This document shows, in pieces, positions 14,380 to 26,073 of a DNA stretch of 64,000 nt. Both the position numbers and the translations under genes were made by a program. Source of the stretch: the human T2T-CHM13v2.0 reference genome, Homo sapiens; NCBI RefSeq assembly GCF_009914755.1, contig NC_060932.1; one strand, written 5' to 3'. The notes below the pieces were generated by a model. The model was given only the letters and a program-made list of their open reading frames with translations, ran no database searches and was not told the origin of the DNA. Within the stretch, counting starts at the first letter, position 1. Each line of letters opens with the position of its first letter.

Positions 14380-14915
14380 TTTCTATGATACATGAGATCT
14401 TTCTGCACTGAGTAAGCCTTAGAGACCATTTGTATCATTATACATTAGTGGGATGAAGCCAAACACCTGCAAATCCAGTAAATTCAGACAAACTACACTC
14501 AGGGGAGCTAGTTTCACATCATCTGTCAACAAGGGCATCAAAGAGAGGTGGGAAATCAAAATCATCTGTCTCTGGGCTACAAGCCCTGGCTATGACTCCC
14601 CACACACCAATCATAGCAATTCTCAGTGTTCCTATAACCCTCCACATCTGTTAATTGCTTAGGGCTTCATATTCTACCCTGGAGGCCTATTGGTGTTTCC
14701 AGTTTAGTTAAGGAGAGAACTAAAAGGATAGACAGGTAAGTTAAAAGCATGCAGACCCTGAACAAATGTTTTGTCACCAGAATCCACAATGCAGTGTGGA
14801 GATAACTACAAAAACTGAGATTGTTATAGCTGATTTTAATCCAAGAAGGTTTAATTAGGACCCCAGAGAGGTGTCTGTGGGGAGATGAAATCCTGCTCCA
14901 TACGATGAAAACAGA
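14380..14915 (-). pseudogene. Decayed death-domain-like coding segment
   Basis: PSWIKISYNNLSF...IGTLRIAMIGV, then DDVKLAPLSVVCLNLLDLQVFGFIPL (possible start of the next DD). Confidence 0.4.
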
Positions 14916-15043
14916 AAGTTCTTAACAATTGGGATAGGCATAAATGAAATTGGCAACCACAAGATATAGTTAGATTTTTCTTCCTGTGTATTTTTCTAGT
15001 AGAATCCAATATTATGAAGAGTTAGAGATGATGTGAAGAATAC

Positions 15044-15262
15044 TTATTACTGGGCAAGTCTTCCTGAACTACAAGTCTCTTTAGAGTCCCTTGCAACATG
15101 GAGATTATATGGTTCCATCATGTGTGTTATGTATTTGTGCATGTGCTCATGCACTTGGAGACAACACACTATTGGAAATGAGGTTATTAAGCAGTAGGAT
15201 GCTGCTTCTGGGGATGCTGAATGTCGTTACACAGTTAATCTTTATGGAGCTCCTTCCAATCC
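15044..15262 (-). pseudogene. Decayed death-domain exon
   Basis: Acceptor tttctctag. One frame reads DWKELHKD*LCNDIQHPQKQHP...ISMLQGTLKRLVVQEDL, with the classic DD DWxxL and L..xL....DL motifs. A possible helix-1 exon IPDSILNKDSAML lies at ~15729-15843 with a gtaagt donor. Confidence 0.7.
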
Positions 15263-15429
15263 CTAGAGAAACTTCGATGTGAAAGTCTAAGAATGCAGAA
15301 CATATTCACTTGGTAGAATTACAAACATCAAAACTAGACATCAATGTACAGTCATTGATAACCTCAGGAGGTGATCATCTACTTGCCTCTGTTTTTTTTT
15401 TCTTAAGAATTGCTTTTTTTTCCTCGACC

Positions 15430-15690
15430 TATCAGAAATACATTTTTCCAGCTTTAATGAGATATAATTGACAAAAAATGTGTATGTTCGAGGTATAAAA
15501 CATGATGATTTGATATAAGTATACATTGCATAGTGATGACCACAATCCAATTAGTTAACACATTCAGCATCACTCACAGTTATTTGTGTGTGTGCATGCA
15601 TGTGGGCATGTGTGTGTGGTGAGAACAATTAAAATCTGCTCTCATCAAATTTCAAGGTAAAAAAACAGTTATTAATTATAGTCATCAGCA
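15430..15690 (-). mobile_element. L1MA-type LINE-1 3' end
   Basis: Antisense L1MA 3'UTR (gagatataattgaca..., gtggtgagaaca...). Confidence 0.8.
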
Positions 15691-15973
15691 GGCTGTGAGA
15701 GGAATGTGACACTGAGTTTATTACTTACTATGTGTCCTTTATAGTTTGTTATGCACGTGCGTGTAAACAGCATAGCACTATCTTTATTGAGTATTGAGTC
15801 AGGAATACTCAAAAAATAATTATGTCATCTCTTCATAAAATCCCTACCCAGAAACCTTGTGAAGTATTGCATGTATATGATCTTAAACTTTACTGATATT
15901 TAGAATCATATTCTGGTATTGAATTCAAGCAGTGCCCATTAGGTCCAGGATCCTATTTTGAAAAGACAAATAC

Positions 15974-16411
15974 CTCTCTCTAAATGCATTACGCACTCTG
16001 CTAGGAACTCCAAATTACATAGACCCAGAGAGCAGATACCAAGTAGCACCTTGTTCTTAGATTCTTGCTTTTCTTCTCTGGCTTATCGTAGAGCTTCTCC
16101 TCTTAATCAGAAAACCTGCAGAACCGTGAGTATGAAAATAGTCAACCTGCAGACCCATGAGTATGAAAATAATTGATTAATTGTTATGCAGCAAAAATCA
16201 ATTCATACATCAAGTAGTTTGTAACCTCTGCATATACAAACATCCCAAAATGCAACATCTCTTTGAGAGCTGGGTGCCAATGGTTTGGTTCTGCATAGTT
16301 GCTGCGGCTAAGCCACAATACCAGAGTAGCTATCTTTGATGACAGAGAAATCCTTCTCTTACCCTCAAAACCTCCTTCTAAAGTCACACAAGGGGCCCTC
16401 TGCCCATATCC
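15974..16411 (-). pseudogene. Decayed death-domain exons (from 16411, and 16115-15974)
   Basis: Strong acceptor tttctctttttctcctcacccttacag. The second exon gives TRCYLVSAL/GLCNLEFLAECVMHLER (DD helix 5-6 pattern) with donor gtattt. Confidence 0.6.
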
Positions 16412-16725
16412 CTGTAAGGGTGAGGAGAAAAAGAGAAAGGAATCCAGCTGTTTAAGAGTTAAATGAGCATGACAGTCCCTAAGAATGTGTCCTACTCTAC
16501 AATACTCATTTCTTGATATTAGTCATAGGAATTAGAACTCTGTAGGAATTAATTTTCTACACATCTTCACTAGTGGAAAGAAAGCATCATCTCCCTTTCA
16601 TAAGTAAAGCCTCTTGCAAAAATCTTGTCTGAACAAGATGAAATAAAATTCCCCATGATTTCATCATCAACCTTCAATACGAAAATATGAAGGCCCTAAA
16701 GGCTAATGTAAGAAGGAAGTCAAAA

Positions 16726-16744
16726 TGGTGCCCCCTAGTGTTAT
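16726..16744 (-). promoter_or_regulatory. CTCF-like motif
   Basis: Minus strand reads taacactagggggcacca, close to the CTCF core CCACYAGGGGGCRC. Confidence 0.4.
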
Positions 16745-17229
16745 GATCGCCAACAGCCTGGAGACCATAGTAATGCATGGTGTCTCTGGAACAGAATGTG
16801 GATCACCATAGATTAAAATCTGCAGTACCAAAACCACATATGTTATTTACTACCACCTACACCAAGCCAGCCAGGAAATAAGATCTAGAAAACCCTGAAA
16901 TCAGCTATGTTGCTTTCAAATATATGCATTGGATGAGTCTCTTCACTTTTCTGAATTACAATGTTTTCAACTATAGTTTAGGGATACTACTTTATCAGTA
17001 CTGGATTGATAACAGGAAGAAATGAGATTGTAGAGAGTTATTTAAAAACTGCAAGGGATTCTACAAATTAAATGAAACAGGTTGGTAATAATTAGGAAAT
17101 CATATTGTGTCTAGCCCAACACAGTTCTATATTTAAACTTACAGTTCTATATTTAAATGTTAATTGACATTAGTATTTTGGGGGAGAAATCTTATTGGAA
17201 AAGTTAATAAAAATAAAGAAATAAACATG

Positions 17230-17735
17230 AAAATACATATATTAAATACATAGGAACCAACAGATGTTATCAGGTGAAAGGTATATGCCAGGATGGGTCC
17301 TGATTCTGGTCTTCTTCACTTTATTTGGGTCAATCTGTAAACAGTGCAAGACAGAGCCTGTAAGCCAGTGCCATAAAATTCAACTTTGTTTCACTTCCAT
17401 TTCAAATGTAATTCCAGTGCCTTTCAACAAGGATTTATTTTGAAGCCAACTCTTTCACATCCCATTAAGTTGGTGTGTTTTATTTGCATGAAATTCCAAA
17501 TTGATCTGATGCTGATGTCCAGGCACTCTATAAGGAGGAGACAGAAAAGATCCATTAAAAATAAAAATTGCCAAAGGGGAGACACACATAATTTTTTAGC
17601 TTAAGCTGTAAACAGCACTCTTTTTCCATTATCAGATTGTCATTATAATTTCCAAAAGCTGCAGAAGATGAGGCCTGAGTCCTGCTTAGTTTCCAACCTT
17701 TCACCCTGCTTGGCATCATTCTCTGAGCATATGCT
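17230..17735 (-). pseudogene. Decayed UPA-domain exons (third module)
   Basis: Acceptors at 17736 and 17528. SICSENDAKQGERLETKQDSG.../NDNLIMEKECCLQLKLKNY and VPGHQHQINLEFHANKTHQL...LKGTGITF; compare ankyrin UPA QQLVFNFYSFKENRL (recalled). Confidence 0.65.
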
Positions 17736-18139
17736 CTGCTCAAAAGAAATGAAAAAAACAAACAAACAAAAATACCACTGCATCAGTTGCCACAAATGAG
17801 GAAAACATACCGATAACAGTGTATGAAATATTTCCACACAGTCCCAGCATTTAAGAGCTTCCAGGGTCCTCCCAAGTCCATTTTCTGCCCATGATTATTC
17901 TGCTTTCAGTACGTTTAGAAGCTAATTTCTCAATTCCATTGTGTGGGTGCATAGTAATGCAGGAGTTTGGTTATGAAATATATAAAGAAAGGGCTAAAAT
18001 TTGACTGTAAAAATATTTTTTATCCATATCTACCTGTTTGATAGCATTTCCCATTATTCCAAGCTATAAATCAGAATATGGTTACAAGATATTGGCAGGG
18101 GTGGGGGAAGCTAGGAAGAAGAGGAATGAATTCCAAGAT

Positions 18140-18395
18140 AACAAAACTGAACATTTATTGAGGGTTAGTACATGCCAGCTACTTAGTTGAGCGATTTGTC
18201 TACACATTCTCAGATAATCCTATAATTATTTTCTAAAGTGGAAGTCATCCCAAATTTATGATGGCAAAAAGAGGCTCAGAGGGTCTGTGTCAGTTCTCCA
18301 AAGCCATATAGCATTTAAATGGAAAAGCAGGTATATAAAACCTAAACCTTTCACTCCAAATCTCACATTTCTTCCACCTAACTCTGCTATCCTCA
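18140..18395 (-). mobile_element. MIR SINE
   Basis: Antisense MIR (acatttattgag...gaggctcagag...). Confidence 0.7.
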
Positions 18396-19089
18396 ATAAT
18401 CAATAGTCCAGATTCAATGATATAGCTATTAGAGGGTCCCCATTCAGACAATCAAAAATAAGAATTTGTAGAAAAATATATTTTAGTAGTTGGCACCTTA
18501 ATTTCACGTAGGGTAAGAACTTTATTTAGAAAGATCCTTTGGTTACTTTAGCTAGGAAATGTGAAAACATAGTGGTTTGAGTGAGAGGAGATACTTAACT
18601 GCTTTGCTTAAGAAGAACAACAGATATTTGGATTTGGAATAAAGAGAATAGGAGGACAAAAACAAAAAAAAAGAAAAAGGAGGAAGCTGGAAAACATTGT
18701 AGTGGTCTGCAACCTGTAAAGAAATGCTGTCTAGGAGAAATCTCTGTGGCAAATTGGCGAGAAGAATTATCATAACAAGAAATTGCTTATTTTAATATTT
18801 AAGTTTATTGCTATATATCTCTATGAAAGCATCCTTTATCTCCCAAACTTTCAGTACAACCTACTTCATCCCAAATTCTTGTATGAGAGACATCTAAAAA
18901 AAGGAAGTTTATTGTGTATCTGCATCAGTAAAGGGTGGTGAAAGGAGACTTAGGGCTCAGAAGGCACAGGAAATTAGAAGCAGAGATGCCCATGTGACTG
19001 TGGGTGGAGGGGGGCAGTGTGCACTCCATAGATATGGAAGAGGGAATGCATTAATTCATGTAAATGTCAAGGAAATCATACACTTGACT

Positions 19090-19534
19090 TATACTTGATC
19101 AACAAGATCCTATTGTCTTGGTAACATCCTTCTGTTCCCACCAGATACGGGTTAGTATACAAAATGTCTAAAAAATAATTGACATTATTCCCTTTCAATA
19201 ACATCTCACCATGGTTATAATTGAAAAATAGTAGCAAAATTGCTTTCCCACATACCCACTATTCTTGTTGATGTCACCATCTGCTTGTATACTTTCACTC
19301 CCAAAAATCTGTAAGAAAATTAAGATGATTTCTTCAGGTAAAAACCTGCAGATCAACAGTCTGGGAAATTTGGCATTCAGTCAAATGCTGTGATCTCTAC
19401 CAACAATGGTACTGCCATTGTGTAAGTTATAGCCCCTTTGCAAAGGGTTATCTATATCATGTCCTGCTCCTCCGAATAGACACAGACCTTTAAACGCTTA
19501 GGATTTCTGGCCGCAAAGCTCACATACGGAACTC
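19090..19534 (-). pseudogene. Decayed ZU5 C-terminal and UPA-start exons (19534-19256; 19167-~19090)
   Basis: One frame reads RVPYVSFAARNPKRLKVCVYSEEQDMI*IT...LVEITAFD*...RFLGVKVYKQMVTSTRIV. An 88-nt GT-AG intron then joins in phase 1 to DILYTNPYLV...DNRILL. Compare PIDD1 RLHLLYW...WDDIT...VTHFSW and ankyrin LATQLYRELICVPY (recalled). Confidence 0.75.
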
Positions 19535-19554
19535 TTATTATAGCAACAATAATA

Positions 19555-20420
19555 GCATTGAAGGAAACTCAGAAATCATCTAGTTTGATCTTCCAAAGAT
19601 TGCAATAATCCTTTCTACAATAGACCCAGTGAGATTGTAATTTGCCTTCTTGAACGCATCCAATGACAAAGTCATCTCAAAAGGAAATTCTATCTTTGGA
19701 TAATATGAAACTTTACATAAAAAGCTTCCTTATATTGAGCCTAAATTATATTACTGGTCCTACCTAAATTCAGGCATTTGGAACAGCATACGTATTATCC
19801 TTCTTCCATCTGTCTTTTCTTCAATTATTTGATGACAACTCCAACGTCACTACTTAATTCATGCTAAATGTACTCAGTTCTTTCAGTCATTTCCAGATGC
19901 TTTACCATACCAGGAAACACCTGGGTACATTCCATTTGTCAATATCTTATAAATGTGTGGTGTGCCGAAGGAAATCCTGTGATCCAGATGTGATCTTAAC
20001 TCTGCAAATTTCAATTGTATTTTTGTATCCCTCTTCTGCAAATGGGTCCTTCAATAAAGCAAACCAAGATGGTTTTAGCTTTTTATGACATTGTATTACA
20101 CTTAAATAATACTGAGGTTGCCATTGCCTGTTACTTAAACTTTTGAGAAATTCTGTCACTTAGTTTTTAAATTCTTGTTTGATCTTTTAAAACCAAAGTT
20201 TAGTACACCACATTTATCCTCTTTTAATTTAGATTTTCTAGTCTATTGTTTTGGATCCTTGACTGTGATAACTAATGTATTCACATCTACCCCTTGCCAC
20301 ATTGGAATGGCAGAACATTTGATAATCATACATTCTGTGCTTTTTATTAATATGTTTTCATAATTGATGTAATGACAAGAGCATAGACTCTAAAGTGATC
20401 ACGATTAAGATTTTCCTTTC
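19555..20420 (-). mobile_element. L3/CR1 LINE fragment
   Basis: L3-like motifs (gccttcttgaacgcatccaatgac, cttccttatattgagcctaaa, gctaaatgtactcagttctttcag). Confidence 0.6.
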
Positions 20421-20449
20421 TCTTCTGCTAGCTATACATACCACGCAGC

Positions 20450-20690
20450 TAATAATCCTGCTTTCATTGAGCACTTACTATGTTCTAGCCACTCTGCTAG
20501 TGACTTTCCAGATATACTGTATTTTAATTCTTTCAATTTATCAATGAGTAGGGAAATATATTTTTCCATTTTTATTATAGGAATATAAAGCAGAAGTTTT
20601 ATATTTCTGTTTAAGCATACACAGTTAAGTGACTTGCACATAATTCACTGTCCTAGTTTTCAGTTCCGCAAACATTTACTCTTTTAACAT
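20450..20690 (-). mobile_element. MIR SINE
   Basis: cattgagcacttactatgttctagcc... antisense MIR. Confidence 0.75.
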
Positions 20691-20744
20691 TCCATCTTTG
20701 ATTTCAAGGTTTGTGAAATTTATATTTTTATTAACTTGCCACAG

Positions 20745-20995
20745 AGAATTTTCTTCCTTTCATTTATTTATGCTTTCTTCCAAACTGTTTTCTTTGTCTA
20801 CCTTTTGTATCCTTCCTGCCTGCATTCTCTTTTCTCTTCTTTTTTCTTTTCTTTTTATTCTTTTCTTCTTTCTCACTTTTTTCCTCTCTCCCTCTTTTCC
20901 TTTCTCCAGCCTCCATTATCTTCCTTCCTTCCTTCCTTTTTTCCTTCCTTCCTTCCTTCCTTCCCTCCTTCCTTCCTTCTGTCCTCTATTTCTTT
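20745..20995. repeat. CT-rich low complexity / (CTTC)n
   Basis: Pure pyrimidine tract with ttcc repeats. Confidence 0.9.
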
Positions 20996-21508
20996 CTGGT
21001 AGTATATTTGCATTATTGCCAAGTATTTCTTTAAAAATATTTCTCCTTTTTAATATGTGCAGATGGCACTCTGTCCAGAACTTCTATTGAATGTAAATGA
21101 TTTTTAAGTCAGCTCTCTTTTCTTACTTAAGACCTGTTTGTTTTCATTTCTTAGCTGCACCCAAGGAGTAGGATGCCTACCCTTCTGTCTAGTTTTCTGT
21201 AGCTTCAGGGTCTGGATAGAGGTGGATTTCGTCTGCTGGGCCCATGTTCAGCCTTTGTGGAAGAGCCCAAGTGCTTCTTTTTCTTCATAGATTTCTGCCA
21301 AACGTCCAGGAACCCAAGATCACCTAATCTGTGCACTCCTTCTGGGTTCACTTCCTTTCTTGAGCCTAGGGTTTTAGAATACAGTGAGCCAAGGCTGGTT
21401 TTTCGGCCTCTTCTAAGATTCCAAGTTCATGTGATAGTTCATATAAAATTCTCTTCTTATTTTTTTTCTCTGTTTACTTTCCTCCTTAGTTTATTTCTTT
21501 CCAAATTA
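20995..21508 (-). pseudogene. Decayed death domain running into a ZU5 N-terminal part
   Basis: Acceptor ccttctccttccacacactcacag. RILYELSHELGI...NPEGVHRLGDLGFLDVWQKSM (compare DTHD1 DD [20 protein letters not shown]), then DRRVGILLLG and IFKEILGNNANILP (compare ankyrin IVKKILGNKATFSP); references recalled. Confidence 0.8.
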
Positions 21509-21590
21509 CTGTGAGTGTGTGGAAGGAGAAGGGGAAGGGCAGTTGTTAATACAAAATCTCAAGATGTTGTCCACTAATCTTTCACCATAC

Positions 21591-21695
21591 TGTTTCTGGC
21601 AATTGGACATTGCCAGAAGTTAATAATTGAGCCTCATTAAAATCTTCTATTTCTTTCTTTACCACTACATTTGGCAAATTAGAGCATGTGTGTAT
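21591..21695 (-). pseudogene. Stop-free 105-nt exon, end of UPA domain
   Basis: cattttag-like acceptor and gtatgg donor. IHTCSNLPNVVVKKEIEDFNEAQLLTSGNVQLPET ends like the UPA terminus (ankyrin CNLNITLP, PIDD ATLPIKLP). Confidence 0.65.
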
Positions 21696-21954
21696 CTAAA
21701 TGAATACTTCCTGTTGTTTTTTAAATTTTTTTAAATGTAGGGAGAAAAAAGTCCTGTGATTCTGGTTTCTTTCCAATATTTTAACACTATTATTTTCTTA
21801 TATGCTTTTTTTATACATTGGAAAAGTTAAACATAATTTATTTGATAATATGTCTCATATGATAATATCATTGATACCAGAATCTGTGTTGTAATACTTC
21901 ATAATCCTGGGATAATTTAGAAGAGAGTCAAATATTACATAGCTAGTATAATTT

Positions 21955-22285
21955 TACTGTCATACAGGTCACAGGCCTCAAGCTCGACTCAGAGGAATTT
22001 CTACAAAGATTCCATGTATCTTACTGATACACTATATATCACTGACTCTGTTCTCCATTTTCCCTCTTCTTTTCCATGATTCTTAACAATAGGGCAGAGG
22101 AATATAACATAACACCATCTTATCTAGGAACATTGTCTCTTCCTTGGAGATGCTTATCCTAACACCATAAAGATGATAGTATATTTGGGACATCCATAGT
22201 GCACTGAATTTTCTACATGAGAAGGGTTCTTCCTTATCATAGAGTTGTTAGGGGAAAAAAAGCCATAATATTGTTAAGAAGATAA
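21955..22285 (-). pseudogene. Decayed UPA exon (second module)
   Basis: Acceptor ttctcttttttttctag-type. NNIMAFF/RKNPSHVE/IQCTMDVPNILSSL...VMLYSSALLLRIM; compare PIDD1 NLIALQRRRDPEQVLLQC. Confidence 0.6.
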
Positions 22286-22827
22286 CTAGAAAAAAAGAGA
22301 ACAATTATTCAAAAATCATTGAAACACGAACTAGGAGAAAGTATTAGACAGTTGTAGAAGAGAGGAATATGAGCTTCAAATACTGCTTCAATATTAAACC
22401 CCTTTATATACACTAACACCAGACCTCTGAGTCACTAGGCCTCTTTTCACATTATCCTTCTTTTAGTGTCTTCTCAAAACAATCCCTACAGCCTTGCTAT
22501 AAATATTTGAATAACTTCCAAGTAATCACCTGGATTCTTCTTAAAAGACCCCAGGATAGAAAACTCACTGGTTTGTAGGTCAGCCCAGTGCATCACCAAA
22601 AAGTTCATACCTCATACTCATAGGAAGCGATTGGCCTATTTTTAAATTTTAAAAGTAGAATAAAATTATATCTGATCCTTATAACTATGATAGAGATTTT
22701 CTGCTATATAAGCAAAGGCTAAGAGGAAACACTGGCCAATGAAAGGAGCAGTAGAACCATATGTGAAATGATGTTTTTTAGAATACTACCTAGAATCAAT
22801 AATGTTGATTAAGAAAAGGGAAGAATA

Positions 22828-23151
<324 letters not shown>

Positions 23152-23166
23152 TTATATTAAATCAAA

Positions 23167-23169
<3 letters not shown>

Positions 23170-23203
<34 letters not shown>
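23170..23203. repeat. (TC)n microsatellite
   Basis: Direct inspection. Confidence 0.95.
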
Positions 23204-23209
<6 letters not shown>

Positions 23210-23429
23210 TCAGTGCCTAAAACTCTGCCTGGCATATAACGCTTAATACACATTTTGTGGAATATATGAATGTGAGATCTTTCTATTAATACTACATCAA
23301 ACCATTGAGACCTCACACAACAGGTATATTTCCTTTTCTACACAACAGGTACCATGGTCTCTAGGGACTTCCCTTGTCTAGGATGAACATTTCTGATTCC
23401 TTCAACAGTTCCTAAAAGTTCTTATATTG

Positions 23430-23802
23430 ACTGCCCTTCACTTCACGCCAGCAGTAGGACTTCGAAGTTGCCCAACATAGAGCCTAATATTGCCTCTCAA
23501 CAATATTTTGGGTGAGATATGTCAAGGTAAGTGCTGGAGTGAGAGGAGTAAGGGGAGTGAGCTCACTTGCCTGAAAAAAAGAAAAGCCAAGTTTTTTTTT
23601 ATTTACCTGATTTGCTTTCTGAGCACCTCCTTATAGCCTTTTAGAGATCATTCTTCCCAATGCATCTCAACATTCTTTTTCCACCCCTGAGGCAGTCACG
23701 TAAGGATCTTTTACCTCCTCTCCTTCACTGCCACAGAACTGGATGTTCTTTCCAGATTCTCACATGATCGTGGATTCTCTCAATCCTCACTTCTTTTTAT
23801 TT

Positions 23803-23845
<43 letters not shown>

Positions 23846-24420
23846 TTTTTGAGACGGAGTCTCACTCTGTCTCCCGGGCTGGAGTGCAGTGGCACGATCT
23901 CCACTCACCGCAACTTCTGCCTCCCGGGTTCAAGTGATTCTCCTGACTCAGACTCCCAAGTAGTTGGGATCACAGGCACCCGCCACCATGCCTGTCTAAT
24001 TTTTGTATTTTTAGTAGAGATGGGGCTTTGCCATGTTGGCCTGGCTGGTATTGAACTCCTGACCTCAGGTGATCCACCCGCCTCAGCCTCCCAAAGTGCC
24101 GGGATTACAGAAGTGAGCTACTGCACCTGGCCCTCACTTCTTTATGCTGATCTCTACCTTGAGTATTCTGTGATGCAAAAATACATGAGAAAATGGGGCC
24201 ATCACTTCAAATGCAGGTTTTGTTCGATCATCATTTTTCACATCTTGTTGACATTTGGAGAAGAGTACAATATGAAGCTTCTTTTGTATTTCCACCATGA
24301 AATTTAGCAAGTTTGAATCAATCCTTTGTGAGGCCCATCCTTTTCCTCCCCCATTAGAATGAAATATAGCTTTAAGCTTGAGTTATGTATCTTAGAATAT
24401 GGTTTAACAAAAGCTAAAAC
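23430..24420 (-). pseudogene. Decayed UPA (first module) and following ZU5, interrupted by an Alu
   Basis: VLAFVKPYSKIHNSSLKLYF/...[35 protein letters not shown] [Alu] ...[15 protein letters not shown]...DALGRMISKRL* (compare ankyrin GPEGG...GALTKRIRVGLQ), then PALTLT/ISHP...NIRLYV...WREV. Confidence 0.6.
23797..24132 (-). mobile_element. AluS SINE with (TAAA)n tail
   Basis: Antisense dimer. TSD cctcacttcttt at 23785-23796 and 24132-24143. Confidence 0.95.
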
Positions 24421-24527
24421 CTAAAAAAAAAAAAAGGGCATGGCATCCTTGGTATTTGTGGGTGAACTCTGTGGTGACTGCTTTAATTAATTTATGTAAT
24501 TGGAATTTCACCAAGACATAAATTTAC

Positions 24528-25365
24528 TCATATCTATTTTTAAAGACAGGAATATTGATCTTGGACCAGCAATAAATTCCTGTAATATTTGTCCTCAGTA
24601 AAAAGCCAAGACAATTCTAGGCCATTTCTTTTTGTCTTGAAAACGTTATGCCAAAATCATCATTTTGTTGGCTGCATACATCCTGATTTATATTCAATGA
24701 GAGTTATAAAAGGCTTTTATAGTGGAGATGGCCGAGTGACATTTTCCTATAAATCACGATCATTTTTACTGCTACAAAGTTCTAGGACTGAACTTCAAAT
24801 ACAACCGTGCTGTAAACTCTGTGGATGGAACCACATACTTGCTGAATGAGAAACATGTTTCCCTTTCACCATGAGTGACTGCATATTCCAGTCAGTCTCT
24901 GGCAGATGAGAGCATCACTAAAACCCAGGGAACCATGCTCAGCTTTGATGAAGCAGCTTGTGAAACGCAGGTCACCCAGAACACCTTTGAATACAGCTAT
25001 GCTTTCAGCCTCATGAATAATTCAGGTCCATATAGATACTATATGTTGAGCTGAAATAACCTAGCCATTAAAGGTAACAAGAATGAGGGGAAGCTAATTT
25101 TGGCAAACATCAGTATTGTGCATCAGAAATATAACACTATAGATCAGAATCCTATTTCATTCAATATGAATCCTTATGAGAATGTCTTCTGATCACAGGG
25201 GTGTCATCTTTGCACATAACTCTCCTCATCCTCAAGTGACCATACCTGTTAGATTCAAAGGTAACTTGCTTTTGTAAGAAAGTAGCGTGGAGCAAAGATG
25301 AGGGTACCAGGGATTAGAAGCTCTGAATTTTCTTTCAACCCATCTTAGTGAAAAAAAACAACAAC
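24528..25365 (-). pseudogene. Decayed second ZU5 exons (25365-25246, 25060-24839, 24746-24528)
   Basis: GT-AG bounded. DGLKENSELLIPGTLIFAPRYFLTK; AVFKGVLGDLRFTSCFIKAEHGSLGFSDALIC; CLGFLLRTNITGIYCW. Compare ankyrin ZU5-B KKILGNKATFSPIVTVEP...F and CVSFTTNVSARFW. Confidence 0.65.
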
Positions 25366-25624
25366 CTGGATTTAGAAGGCAGAAGAATGGCTTATGTGAT
25401 TTTAGAAAAGGTATATTAAACCTCTTCATCCCTAGGTTATTTATCCATAGTCACAGATGTTCTATTAATAATATAGGTGAAAGAAATGTCACCGTATCCC
25501 CTACTCCCACTAAAGTAAATTAAACCTGGTTTAAGTATCCACTTACTAAGAGAAGCAAAAGCTTTAGGGCCAATTCTGGATGTTTTCTACCCTACTCTTT
25601 GTGGGTAACAGAACCCAGACTTAC

Positions 25625-26034
25625 ATAGTCAAGGAAGACTGTGACAGTGGCATCTCATCTTCAATAACAAAGTGGTAGACATTGTGATTGTTTGTTTCCT
25701 AAGACTGTTATCCACTCAAATATGCACAGCTTTTGCTAGCAGCCTCATGTTCTTCATGTCACCTTCAGATATAGAGATCTTTACCTAGGCTCCCAAAGGA
25801 GGAGCTTGGTGCCAAGTCTCTCCTGGTACCAGCGTAAGTCCCCTACACCAAAGAGCTTTCTACCTTCATAGTTTTATTATGAGCAGGAATTATCCAATTC
25901 ATTACACTTTGTTCACATTTGCAGTCTGGTAAAATTATCTATCTGGTTTAGACTGGGCTCTGTTTCAATCCACTGAAACCACAGCCTGCCTCCTCATTTT
26001 GTCTCTGACAATGGAGCCTCATCATACCGAGAGC
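25625..26034 (-). pseudogene. Decayed ankyrin-type first ZU5 exon
   Basis: K*GGRL...IILPDCKCEQSV...SSLV*G...DLAPSSSFG/VKISI...MKNMRLL...EW...RCHCHSLP*L with gtaagt donor. Compare ankyrin ARGGSM...IIIPPRKCTAPT...PMVEGEG...GPAGAQFLGPVIVEI...DFPQYF. Confidence 0.8.
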
Positions 26035-26071
26035 CTTGTACATGCACAAGCCTAGGCTTGCATGCATGAGT

Positions 26072-26073
<2 letters not shown>

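Noticed and set aside
17121-17160. 20-bp tandem duplication (similar ones at ~51985-52031 and ~13632-13650)
   Set aside because: Ordinary slippage duplications with two copies and no array or spacer structure; not CRISPR-like.
20698-21090. Hydrophobic membrane-protein-like ORFs
   Set aside because: Artefact of the CT-rich low-complexity tract.
23849-24307. 152-aa plus-strand ORF
   Set aside because: Mostly antisense Alu translation; the remainder is the reverse strand of a fossil exon.
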